Shown here: positions 1 through 8,765 of the stretch, in pieces
Layout: each line of letters starts with the position of its first letter
How positions within the stretch are numbered: the first letter of the stretch is position 1
NCBI GenBank assembly: GCA_017609985.1
Contig: JAFCCW010000004.1
Span: forward strand, 1 to 64,000
Source: Candidatus Iainarchaeum sp.
GTDB lineage: Archaea; Iainarchaeota; Iainarchaeia; Iainarchaeales; JAFCCW01
DNA length: 64,000 bases
Direction: 5' to 3'
The notes under the pieces: model-generated
The model's database searches: none
What the model saw: the letters and a program-made list of their open reading frames with translations, nothing else
What the model was told of the DNA's origin: nothing
Program-made: the position numbers and the translations under genes

Positions 1-8
1 CATAATGC

Positions 9-95
9 TTATCCAAAAGGGTTTGGCATCTCTGGAACAAAGTCTTCCATCTCGTCTCCGAAAGGAGAAAATTCACGTTCAAACTTTTCAATCAT
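9..95 (-). CDS. putative 28-aa small acidic protein (MIEKFEREFSPFGDEMEDFVPEMPNPFG)
   Basis: Manual translation, ATG at 95 to TAA at 9-11. Divergent from the HTH gene; another ATG follows at 3-1. Not in the ORF track. Confidence 0.35.
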   Translation of the reverse strand: MIEKFEREFSPFGDEMEDFVPEMPNPFG

Positions 96-148
96 TATCA
101 ATAATCTTTAAACAAATGTTTTTATTTGTTTCCCAGTCTTTTTTGTTT

Positions 149-568
149 ATGGAGCGAAGGGAATCTTTCAAGATTGTGATTAGGCGGGTTGAAAAGCCTC
201 TTGAAAAAAGTTTTGAGAAAGATTTTGACTGGATATGCAGGTCTCTTGGTTTTTTTGAACAAATTGATAAGGAAAAAACTGCTTCTATTGTGCTCAGGGA
301 AGTTGTCAGAGCTGCCTGCAAGGGAAAACCAATTACTTCTTCTAGTCTTGCGGAAAGAATTGAAATGTCCCGTGGTTCAGTAATAAATCATTTGAATAAT
401 CTAATCAAATCAGGCCTTATTGTCAAAGACGGCAGATTTTATTATCCGAGGAGCAGAAGCATTTACCGCACTATCCAAGAAATAGAAGAGGATGTTGACA
501 GAATTTTTAGAAGAATGGAAGAAACAGCAAAGCGAATCGACAAAAAATTCGGAATTGGTGTGGAATAA
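149..568 (+). CDS. winged helix-turn-helix (ArsR/MarR-like) transcriptional regulator
   Basis: TSSSLAERIEMSRGSVINHLNNLIKSGLIVKDG wHTH pattern. Probable start is the ATG at 149 rather than 5. Confidence 0.75.
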   Translation: MERRESFKIVIRRVEKPLEKSFEKDFDWICRSLGFFEQIDKEKTASIVLREVVRAACKGKPITSSSLAERIEMSRGSVINHLNNLIKSGLIVKDGRFYYPRSRSIYRTIQEIEEDVDRIFRRMEETAKRIDKKFGIGVE

Positions 569-640
569 TTGCTTAAAAAATTGTTTAAAAAATTGCTTAA
601 AATAACTTAATAATTCTCTAAAAAATAGCTTAATAATTCA
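567..640. repeat. imperfect ~13-bp tandem repeat (AATTGCTTAAAAA-like)
   Basis: aattgcttaaaa-aattgtttaaaa-aattgcttaaaa, followed by degenerate copies. Confidence 0.5.
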
Positions 641-710
641 GTAAATTTTTGTAAATCTCTTGACAACCGCTCCGCAAAGATTTTATATTCCTTAACTTAT
701 TATTTAAAGC

Positions 711-1241
711 ATGATTGAAGAAAACCAAGAGAGCAAAAGCGTAAAAATTCCTTCTGCTCTTTTATTGATTGAATTTTTTCTTATTGCAATGGCTGTTCTT
801 CTCGTTTTCAGTGTAACTGGTTTAAACACCAGCAAGGGAACAATTTCTTTTTTGCCTTCGTCTGATCCAGTGGAATATTTGATGCTGGTTCTTTCAGTTG
901 CTTTGTTTATTGTGATTTATTTTTCTCTTAAAAGAAAAGAGCCTGTTTTTTTTCAAAAACAAAAGGATGTTTCAAAGGACATGAAGGAAATGCTAAAATT
1001 TGAGGTTGGAAAAGCAAAGTCTGATCCCCGAGTTTCCGCTTTGATGCTTATTCAGCTTGCATTTATTTTTGCAATTGTGATGGTTATTGCAGCTTATCTT
1101 GATCCTGACTGGCAGATTGTTAACTGGGCAGTGTATGGCTTGCAGGAACCATTTATCACAATAGTGAATTCAGTGCTTTTCATTATTGCTGCGGGCTCTT
1201 TTTTTGTTTTGTACAAATTTACTTATGATTACAGAAAATAG
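711..1241 (+). CDS. hypothetical 4-TM membrane protein with internal duplication
   Basis: Four hydrophobic segments; the two halves begin SALLLIEFF and SALMLIQLA. Confidence 0.75.
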   Translation: MIEENQESKSVKIPSALLLIEFFLIAMAVLLVFSVTGLNTSKGTISFLPSSDPVEYLMLVLSVALFIVIYFSLKRKEPVFFQKQKDVSKDMKEMLKFEVGKAKSDPRVSALMLIQLAFIFAIVMVIAAYLDPDWQIVNWAVYGLQEPFITIVNSVLFIIAAGSFFVLYKFTYDYRK

Positions 1242-1308
1242 GTTTTTACATCAGGGGTAATTGTTTATGCGGAAAATACTTGTTTGTAGCGGGAGATAAT
1301 TGTTTTTT

Positions 1309-2727
1309 ATGAAACCTACTTTGCAGGCAGAGAACCAAAAAAGCATTCTTCCAGCACTCAAAAAAGAAATCGGTCTTTTTGAAGTAATTGTCTACGGCGT
1401 AGGAATAATTCTTGGTGCAGGAATTTACACTCTTATTGGAAAAACTGCTGGAATTGCAGGAAATTCTCTTTGGCTTGCTTTTATGGTTGCCGCTATTACT
1501 GCTTCATTTACTGCATTAAGCTATGCTGAACTCTCTTCCAGATTTCCAAAGGAAGCAGCAGAAATGGTTTATGCAAAAAATGCGTTTAGGAGTAATTTTC
1601 TTGCATTCCTGGTCGGATATTTTGCCTTGTTTTCAATGATTGTTGGAATACCTGTTGTAGCTCTTGGATTTGCAGGTTATCTGATTGCTTTTTTGCAGGG
1701 TTTAGGATTTGTTTTTACTTTTTTATCAGGTTCTGCAATTATGGCTTTGTTTGCTATTAGCATAATTGTTTTAATGTCTGCTTTGAATCTGTTCGGCTTG
1801 AAGGAGTCAGCAAAATTCAATCTTGTTTCAACTATTATTGAAGCAGGCGGTCTTATTTTAATAGTTATCATAAGCATTCCATTTCTTGGAAGCGTGAACT
1901 ATTTTGAGGTTCCGCCTGGTTCAACTGATTTTGTTGCTCCGATAGCTGCTGCTGCAGCTCTAATCTTTTTTGCATACATTGGCTTTGAAGATCTTGCAAA
2001 CATTGCTGAAGAAGTAAAAGATGCTGAAAAAAATATTCCAAAGGCAATGATTATAGCCATGATTTTGACAACACTGCTTTACATTGCAGTATCGTTTGCT
2101 GCTGTTAGTGTTGTAAGCTGGCGGGAGCTTGCGGAGAGTGCGTCTCCAATAGAACTTATTGCATCTCATGCTTTTGGCGGTCAAGCAGGTCTTCTTCTTT
2201 CAGCTGTTGCCTTGTTTGCAACCGCGAACACGGTTCTTATTCTTTTGATTGTTTCTTCAAGAATGATTTGTGGAATGGCTCGGGAACAGGCTCTTCCTGA
2301 TTTTCTTGGCAGAATAAACACAAAGACAAGCACTCCATTTTATGCAATAGTTCTCACAATGCTTGTTGCAATTTCTGCTCTTTTCTTTTCAGAAATAGAC
2401 AATATTGCCAGACTGACAAACGCAGGAATATTCCTTGTTTTTTTTGCAGTGAATGCTTCCCTGATTGCAATACGGGCAAGAGAGTTTAGAGAAAAAGACT
2501 GTAAAAACAAGGCAGGTTTCAGAGTTCCAATCAATTTTGCAAATATTCCTTTGCTTTCGGTTGCAGGCGCCTTGTTCTGTGTGATGATGCTTTTCCAGTT
2601 TACTGCTCCTATAACAATTTATGGTTTTACTCTGCCCTTGCTTGGATTTGCATTACTTTTTCTTCTGACTGGGATTCCGGTTTATTTGCTGTTTGCAAAA
2701 AGAAAAAACTGGTCTGTTGGTCGTTAA
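1309..2727 (+). CDS. APC-family amino acid permease
   Basis: GVGIILGAGIY (TM1), YAELSSRFP, FFAYIGFE (TM6); about 12 TMs. Alternative TTG start at 1300. Confidence 0.92.
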   Translation: MKPTLQAENQKSILPALKKEIGLFEVIVYGVGIILGAGIYTLIGKTAGIAGNSLWLAFMVAAITASFTALSYAELSSRFPKEAAEMVYAKNAFRSNFLAFLVGYFALFSMIVGIPVVALGFAGYLIAFLQGLGFVFTFLSGSAIMALFAISIIVLMSALNLFGLKESAKFNLVSTIIEAGGLILIVIISIPFLGSVNYFEVPPGSTDFVAPIAAAAALIFFAYIGFEDLANIAEEVKDAEKNIPKAMIIAMILTTLLYIAVSFAAVSVVSWRELAESASPIELIASHAFGGQAGLLLSAVALFATANTVLILLIVSSRMICGMAREQALPDFLGRINTKTSTPFYAIVLTMLVAISALFFSEIDNIARLTNAGIFLVFFAVNASLIAIRAREFREKDCKNKAGFRVPINFANIPLLSVAGALFCVMMLFQFTAPITIYGFTLPLLGFALLFLLTGIPVYLLFAKRKNWSVGR

Positions 2728-2778
2728 ATTATTTGGATTGTTTTTATTTGCCTACTTTTTATTTGCTTATTTCACAAT

Positions 2779-3786
2779 TTATTTCGCAAAATCAGCATAC
2801 TTAACCCATACTGCATCAACATCGTCTGTTCTCTGCTTTGGCAAAACAATTGATTCACCCAGGCTTGTTTCAAGTTTGTTCTCGCGCATTACTAATCCAA
2901 GCCAGGCAATCATTGCTGCATTATCAACGCAGACGCTTCTTTCTGGGACAAAACATTCTGCATTTCTTTCCTCACACATTTTTGTCATCATTTGCTGGAG
3001 TGCTTTTGAAGCTGCTACTCCACCGGTTAACAGAACTTCTTTTTTTTCTGTGTGGGCAAGAGCTCTTTCTGTGATTTCAGTAAGCATAGCAAAAGCATTA
3101 TGTAGAAGTGAGTATGCCATGTCTTCTTTTTTTTCTGTTTTTGCCTTGTTTTTTGCAGCAGTTAACAATCCTGAAAAAACAAGATCCATCCCCTTTACTG
3201 AGTAAGGCAATTCAACTAATTTCTTTCCCTTAAAATACATCTCGTCAAGAACTGGTCCTGCTGGAAAACCTATCCCTTGAGAGCGCCCATAAGTGTCAAG
3301 CAGATTTCCTATTCCCGTGTCCAGTGTTTCTCCATAAACTCGATATCTTCCATTTTCAAAACCAATAATCTGGGTATTTGCTCCTGAAGCATAACAAACT
3401 ATTGGGTTTTTTGAATTAGTCAGTGCTTTTCCTATTTCCACGTGGGCAATACAATGATTTACCCCAATTAATGGTTTGTCTAGTGCAAGGGAAATTGCGC
3501 GCGCTGTAACAGCCCCTACTTTCAAGCAAGGTCCTAATCCTGGGCCCTGGGAAAAAGCAACTGCTTCAATTTCTTTGCTCTTTATTCCTGCTGTTTCAAC
3601 AGCTCTTTTAACAACTTCTTCTGCATTCTCAAAATGATGGTCTGCTGCTTTTGAAGGATGTATGCCTCCTTCTTCTGTCACAAAACTTGCTTTCTCATTT
3701 GCAAGAATCTTGCACTCTCCTTTTTTTCCGCTGACTATCCCGCATCCAAATGTGTGAGCAGTGCTTTCAATCCCCAGAACAATCAT
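2779..3786 (-). CDS. kae1: tRNA N6-adenosine threonylcarbamoyltransferase Kae1 (KEOPS), not fused to Bud32
   Basis: LGIESTAHT, GPGLGPCL, VNHCIAHVEIG, ASGANTQ, GETLD, DNAAMIAW. Confidence 0.96.
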   Translation of the reverse strand: MIVLGIESTAHTFGCGIVSGKKGECKILANEKASFVTEEGGIHPSKAADHHFENAEEVVKRAVETAGIKSKEIEAVAFSQGPGLGPCLKVGAVTARAISLALDKPLIGVNHCIAHVEIGKALTNSKNPIVCYASGANTQIIGFENGRYRVYGETLDTGIGNLLDTYGRSQGIGFPAGPVLDEMYFKGKKLVELPYSVKGMDLVFSGLLTAAKNKAKTEKKEDMAYSLLHNAFAMLTEITERALAHTEKKEVLLTGGVAASKALQQMMTKMCEERNAECFVPERSVCVDNAAMIAWLGLVMRENKLETSLGESIVLPKQRTDDVDAVWVKYADFAK

Positions 3787-4411
3787 TCAAACACACCTCT
3801 ATTTCTTTCAAGCTTACTTCTCCTTCTCTGACAATTTTCTTGTTTATTGCATCATAAACTGTGCTTGGCTTGTTTTCTTCAAGTTCTCCGCGGTTAATTA
3901 CAACATCAACTTTGTCGGAAAATTCTTCAACAACTTTTTTTCCTGAATAAATTTCTTTTTCTCCTGACTGGTTTGCGCTTGTTGCAAAAACAGGCTCTTG
4001 TGCAATCTCGGAAATCTTTCTCGCAATCTCATTTCCTGAAATCCTGAAAGCAATGCTTTCTCCTTTTTTTTCTTCTCCTTCTTTGTCTTTTTCTTTCACA
4101 ATCAAGCTGAGTGCTCCAGGCATAAACTCTTTCATTAGCTTTCTTGCAGTTTCATTGAGTTCAAAGAATCTCTCTGCCATTCTCCTGTCCGAAACAATAA
4201 CAAGCATTTTTTTGTTTAGATTTCTTCCCTTTATCTTGTAAATTCTCTCAGTTCCTTTTTTGCTTGACAGCCTACACCCCAGCCCATAACAGGTTTCAGT
4301 AGGATAAACAATTACTAAATCAGGCTCTTTTCTGAATTCTTTGCCAATCCCACTGATTTTTTCAGTTATTTTTTCTTTGCTGCCGTCTGAAATATCAACT
4401 ATTACTGCCAT
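3767..4411 (-). CDS. tsaC: threonylcarbamoyl-AMP synthase, TsaC/YrdC-type (no SUA5 C-terminal domain)
   Basis: YPTETCYGLG, IYKIKGR, PGALSLI, TSANQSG, PSTV. Confidence 0.92.
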   Translation of the reverse strand: MAVIVDISDGSKEKITEKISGIGKEFRKEPDLVIVYPTETCYGLGCRLSSKKGTERIYKIKGRNLNKKMLVIVSDRRMAERFFELNETARKLMKEFMPGALSLIVKEKDKEGEEKKGESIAFRISGNEIARKISEIAQEPVFATSANQSGEKEIYSGKKVVEEFSDKVDVVINRGELEENKPSTVYDAINKKIVREGEVSLKEIEVCLNDCSGD

Positions 4412-4414
4412 AAA

Positions 4415-4963
4415 TTACACTCCTTGTGCCAAGAATATTAAAAAATTGAATCCTTGGTGGGCGATAATATTCGGGAAAATATTTTGGTTTTTTTGGAAAA
4501 AATAAGCTAAAACAAGACCTAGAACAAAAGCGCTTGCAAATTCTGCAATTGAAAAATAGCCTATGTGAAAAAAAGCAAAAACAAGGCTTGACCAGTAAAT
4601 TCCTGCTCTTGGAACAAGATAGCCACGAAAAAAGATTTCTTCAACTATCCCTCCCACAAAGAAAAGATATGCTATTTGCAGAGCAGTTACTCCGCTGAAT
4701 GCTTGTTCAACTTTTTCCAAATCATTAAATCCTGTTATTGTAAAAACAATGCCTAGAACAATAAGCAAACCAAAAAGTGAGAAAAGAATAACAATAGTTT
4801 TTTCAATAAACTGACCGAGCTCAATCTTTCTAAAACCTAATTCGCCAAAAAGAGTTTTTGCAGTCTTAAAACTGAGTTTAGTATTTTTTTCCTTTGCAAC
4901 AAAAAATAAGGGAATTAAAACAAGAGCTGCATGAAAGAAAAGGAAAGAAAATATTTTTTTCAC
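4415..4963 (-). CDS. CPBP/Abi (CAAX type II) intramembrane metalloprotease
   Basis: EEIFFRG, FAFFH and AHQGFN motifs; multi-TM. Confidence 0.9.
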   Translation of the reverse strand: MKKIFSFLFFHAALVLIPLFFVAKEKNTKLSFKTAKTLFGELGFRKIELGQFIEKTIVILFSLFGLLIVLGIVFTITGFNDLEKVEQAFSGVTALQIAYLFFVGGIVEEIFFRGYLVPRAGIYWSSLVFAFFHIGYFSIAEFASAFVLGLVLAYFFQKNQNIFPNIIAHQGFNFLIFLAQGV

Positions 4964-5163
4964 CCTTTCTTTTCAGCATAACCGCATTTTCCACAGCTTA
5001 ATCTATCGCTGTGACCTGCGAGAAATATTCCTGGGCCGCACTTTGGGCAGAATTTGTTTTTTCTCTCAACTTTTTCTCCGCTCAAATCATATAAAGTGCT
5101 TTTAAGCTTTTTTTCTTTCTTTGGTTTTTCAACCTTCCCTGCTTGCTTTTCTTCTTCAGCCAT
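4960..5163 (-). CDS. rps27ae: ribosomal protein S27ae (eS31)
   Basis: CPKCGPGIFLAGHSDRLSCGKCGY zinc finger. Confidence 0.96.
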   Translation of the reverse strand: MAEEEKQAGKVEKPKKEKKLKSTLYDLSGEKVERKNKFCPKCGPGIFLAGHSDRLSCGKCGYAEKKG

Positions 5164-5171
5164 TCAAATCA

Positions 5172-5630
5172 CTATTCCTTTTTTTCTTCCTTTTTATCAG
5201 AATCAGTTTTAGGTTTTTCATCTTTTTTTTCTTCATTGCCTGCTTTTTTCTCTTCTTTACTGTCTTCCTTTCCAACATCTTTTTCTTTCTCTTTTGCTTT
5301 TTCTTCTTTCACTGGGCTTGATTCTTTTCCTGCTGCTTCTTCTTTTTTAACATTCTTTTTTCCAGTGTTTCTTGCAATCACATATTCAAGCTCTACTTTC
5401 TTGAACATTTCTTCAGAATTATAAATTTTTGCATAACCCACTGCCTTGTGTGCACCATACAATTGCTTCACGCTTCTTATTGCAACAAGCTCTTTTTTTG
5501 ACCCGTTTTTTGAAGCAATTTCTTTCCTTAACTCTTTAAGTGAAGGAGTCTTTTGTGTTTCTATTTCAAACTCTATCTCTTCCCTCTGGAGCAGAGGATT
5601 GTCTTTCTTTTTCACAATTTTCAAGTTCAT
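5172..5630 (-). CDS. rps24e: ribosomal protein S24e with ~55-aa K/E-rich C-terminal tail
   Basis: NPLLQREEI, TPS, GYAKIY; conserved synteny. Confidence 0.95.
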   Translation of the reverse strand: MNLKIVKKKDNPLLQREEIEFEIETQKTPSLKELRKEIASKNGSKKELVAIRSVKQLYGAHKAVGYAKIYNSEEMFKKVELEYVIARNTGKKNVKKEEAAGKESSPVKEEKAKEKEKDVGKEDSKEEKKAGNEEKKDEKPKTDSDKKEEKKE

Positions 5631-5715
5631 TTTCTCACCAAAAAAAGTTGATTCAATTCAAATAAGGCATAAACATCACTACCTAAAAACATTTATAAAC
5701 CATGCCTCACCTCAA

Positions 5716-5910
5716 CTATCTGCTTAGTTGCAATGCATATTTTCCTGGTTTTTCAATACCCATCTTTTTTGCAATCTCTGAGTTTTCAGGATCGGAAATA
5801 AATACATATCCTCTCCAGAAAGTTGTGAAAGTTTCACCCTCACAAATAGGGCATTTGTCTGCATCCACAACAACTCTTCTGCAGGATCTGCATGCCTTTT
5901 CTCTCGTCAT
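5716..5910 (-). CDS. spt4: transcription elongation factor Spt4 (RpoE'')
   Basis: KACRSC...CPIC...WRG...PGKYAL. Confidence 0.95.
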   Translation of the reverse strand: MTREKACRSCRRVVVDADKCPICEGETFTTFWRGYVFISDPENSEIAKKMGIEKPGKYALQLSR

Positions 5911-6566
5911 TTCTTTCCCTCTTTTTCTTTTTTATCTGTTTTATCTTTTTTTTCAGAATCTGCTTTTTTATCCTTTTTTTCTTCTTTTGCTTTACCCTTG
6001 CTTTCAGCAGAAGGCTTTTTTGCCTGTTTTTCATCTGAAAAAATCCATTCATCTTTTCCAAGGAATGGCTGTCTCATTGTAAGTCCGATTTTTGAAGATG
6101 AAATAGTTCCCTTTAAACTTACTGTAACAACTCTTGCAGTAACTGTATCCTCAGCACTAATTTTTCTGTTAGTTTTCTTTCCAACAAAAGATTTTGATTT
6201 TGCATCGTGATTAATGTAATCATCCAATATTTGGCTGACATGCACTAATCCTTCAATAGGGCCGATTCTTACAAAAGCGCCAAATTCAGTTATTTCTGAA
6301 ACAGAGCCTTCAACAATTTCTTGAACCTCTGGCTTGTAAAACAGTGCCTTAAAGTCTGCCTTATAGTATGCTCCGCCGTCTCCTGGAATAACCTTTCCTG
6401 AGCCAACTTCGTTCACAGAGTTTACTGAAACAACAACTCCAAGATCTTCATCAACTAATCCTTCATATTCTTCCTGAAGAAGCCCTAGAATAGACTTTTT
6501 CAGTTGTCCTCCAAATTCAGTTGGAGGAACTCTCACAGTGTCTGAAAGCGTGTGCATTGTATACAT
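5907..6566 (-). CDS. rpoE: RNA polymerase subunit Rpo7 (RpoE') with K/E tail
   Basis: VRVPP, GDGGAY, S1 domain FGAFVRIGPIEGLVHVSQI, IGLTMRQPFLGK. Confidence 0.96.
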   Translation of the reverse strand: MYTMHTLSDTVRVPPTEFGGQLKKSILGLLQEEYEGLVDEDLGVVVSVNSVNEVGSGKVIPGDGGAYYKADFKALFYKPEVQEIVEGSVSEITEFGAFVRIGPIEGLVHVSQILDDYINHDAKSKSFVGKKTNRKISAEDTVTARVVTVSLKGTISSSKIGLTMRQPFLGKDEWIFSDEKQAKKPSAESKGKAKEEKKDKKADSEKKDKTDKKEKEGKK

Positions 6567-6586
6567 TTTTCTCAACTCCTTTCTCC

Positions 6587-6976
6587 TTAGTCAATCTCTA
6601 AAAACTTTTTTTTCCTTAAATAAATTACTTTTCCGTTAACAATCTTAATTCTTTTTTTAAGTTTCTTGTCATTGGTTGCAATAAAATAATCCTTCGCAAG
6701 CTTTTCAAGAGCATTGTCTGCTCCAACAGCTTCAACTTCAATAACTTTTGTTTCGTTTTCTTTTAAAACTTTCCTCAATACCTCTACTTTTCGTTCAAAT
6801 GTTTTTCCCTCTTTAGCAAGCTTTTCAAGCTCTTCCAAAACCTGTTTTGGAACAACAATTTCCTTGCCCCCTATAATCATTTTTAATTCTTCAAAAACTC
6901 TTATTCCATGATCAGTTATTGCAAAAAGCATGTTTGTATCAACTGCAACTCCTTTTAATTCACTTGCAGATACCAA
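6587..6976 (-). CDS. PIN-domain protein (Fcf1/Utp24-like)
   Basis: VDTNML, VLEELEKL, ADN, IATNDKKL; usual position after aIF2g. Confidence 0.88.
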   Translation of the reverse strand: MVSASELKGVAVDTNMLFAITDHGIRVFEELKMIIGGKEIVVPKQVLEELEKLAKEGKTFERKVEVLRKVLKENETKVIEVEAVGADNALEKLAKDYFIATNDKKLKKRIKIVNGKVIYLRKKKFLEID

Positions 6977-8198
6977 ATGCCACCAGCCTCCACTGCATAT
7001 TGTCCATCTTGCTCAACGCAATTCTCTGTCCTTTCTCAATCACTGCAGGTAGCTTGAAAACAAACTCCATTGAATTCTTGCCTGTTTTCTTTACAGCTGT
7101 TCCCACAGTAGTCATTGTTCCAATACTAAACATTAGGGAATCATTTACTTTTATTTCCTTGACTCCGTCTGCAACAATTCTCTTAATCAACTGAATTTCA
7201 AACTCTGCTTTTGTCACAGGGTCTGGAATGCTTCCAGGTTTTGCAACAATTTGTCCTCTCATTCTGTCATTTTGCGCAATTGCTGGATCAAGTTCTGTTC
7301 CCAAAGCAATTAATCCCCCTGGTTTTCCTTCTTCAAGCAATCCATTCTCTGTTCCAACACTAACAACAGTTGTTTCAAACACGCCTGATTCAAATCCTGG
7401 AGAAACAATTATTTTGTCTCCTTTTTTTACTTTTCCCTGTACAATCGTGCCTCCAATAACTCCGCCCTTCAACTTATCTGGCTTGGTTCCGGGCTTGTTT
7501 ATGTCAAAGCTTCTTGCAACATACATCTTGAGAGGAACACTCAAGTCAAAGTCTGGAGTAGGAATATGCTCTTCAATTGTCTGAATCAACACATCAATGT
7601 TTGAACCAAAACTTGCTGCAGTTGGAACAACAGGAGCATTTTCAAAACCTTGTTCTTTGAGGAATTCTTTTATCTGCAAATAATTCTTTTTTGCATCTTC
7701 CTTGCTTACTAAATCAACCTTGTTTTGTGCTACCACGAGGTTTTCCACGCCTGAAAGCCTTAACGCCATCAGATGTTCAACAGTTCTTGGTTGAGGGCAT
7801 TCTTCGTTTGCTGCAATCACAAGCACTGCCCCATGCATCAGAGCAGCTCCTGAAAGCATTGTAGCCATCAATGTTTCATGTCCTGGTGCATCCACAAAGG
7901 AAACCTTTCTCAGTTTTTCTGCTTTTCCATTGCATGCCTTGCATTCTGGTGTAGAAGAAAAAGCTTGGGCTCCCTTGCATTTCTTGCACTTATAAAAAAC
8001 TGTGTCTGCGTAGCCAAGCCTTATGGAAATTCCTCTCTTCAATTCTTCTGAATGAGTGTCAGTCCACTTGCCAGAAAGAGCCTCAGTAAGCGATGTCTTT
8101 CCATGGTCAACATGTCCAACCATGCCTATGTTGACAACAGCTTGTTCGCCCTTTGCCTTTACAGCCTCTTTCTTGCTTTTTTGTTTCTTCTCAACCAT
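6960..8198 (-). CDS. eif2g: translation initiation factor aIF2 gamma
   Basis: GHVDHGKT, RGISIRLGYA, DAPGHE, NKVD; zinc knuckle. Confidence 0.97.
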   Translation of the reverse strand: MVEKKQKSKKEAVKAKGEQAVVNIGMVGHVDHGKTSLTEALSGKWTDTHSEELKRGISIRLGYADTVFYKCKKCKGAQAFSSTPECKACNGKAEKLRKVSFVDAPGHETLMATMLSGAALMHGAVLVIAANEECPQPRTVEHLMALRLSGVENLVVAQNKVDLVSKEDAKKNYLQIKEFLKEQGFENAPVVPTAASFGSNIDVLIQTIEEHIPTPDFDLSVPLKMYVARSFDINKPGTKPDKLKGGVIGGTIVQGKVKKGDKIIVSPGFESGVFETTVVSVGTENGLLEEGKPGGLIALGTELDPAIAQNDRMRGQIVAKPGSIPDPVTKAEFEIQLIKRIVADGVKEIKVNDSLMFSIGTMTTVGTAVKKTGKNSMEFVFKLPAVIEKGQRIALSKMDNMQWRLVAFGICK

Positions 8199-8210
8199 TT
8201 TTTCACCTAA

Positions 8211-8765
8211 TTATTTTGCAACATCTGCTATGAGGTCAGCAACGCCTTTTTCAGCTTCAGCTTTTTTTGCTTCTTCTTTTTCGCGTTGCTTTTTTTCTTC
8301 CTTTGATTCTACTGCTTTAGCTTCTTCTTCACGTTTCTTTGCAGCTTCTTCTTTCTTGCTTTCTCCTTTTTTGGCTTCTTTCTTTTCTTCTTCTGCGCCA
8401 GGCTCTGCTTTTAGAAGTTCTTCAAGCTTTTTCTTTCCTGCTTCAATAATCACAAGATTAAGCTGGTTTATTTCAGGGCTGATTATGTTTCCCCTGACAC
8501 TCTTCTTCGTTCGCTCTCCCTTTCTGGTTGGATTAAATCCAGGGCCACCGCTTATGAAAATCTTTTTTCTTCCAGTTCCCCCAATATTTTTTCTCATAGG
8601 AAACCCATTCTTGTCGCTTCCGCCAGAAATTTTTGCCTTGTAATCTGCAAGACCTATTTCTCCAAGATCAACAGTGTCCCCTATTTTCTTTCCAAGAAAA
8701 ACTGGCTGTTCTGTTTTCTTAGAATAAGCTTTTCCTGTATCTGACTCTGACAAAACAATATTCAT
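8211..8765 (-). CDS. rps6e: ribosomal protein S6e with K/E/A-rich tail
   Basis: ISGGSDKNGFPMR, GERTKKSVRGN, QLNL. Confidence 0.96.
   Translation of the reverse strand: MNIVLSESDTGKAYSKKTEQPVFLGKKIGDTVDLGEIGLADYKAKISGGSDKNGFPMRKNIGGTGRKKIFISGGPGFNPTRKGERTKKSVRGNIISPEINQLNLVIIEAGKKKLEELLKAEPGAEEEKKEAKKGESKKEEAAKKREEEAKAVESKEEKKQREKEEAKKAEAEKGVADLIADVAK

Noticed and set aside
2693-3205. 170-aa plus-strand ORF; likewise 13793-14545 and 23383-23985
   Set aside because: Almost wholly antisense to kae1, gltX and cmk/L14e; no recognisable motifs
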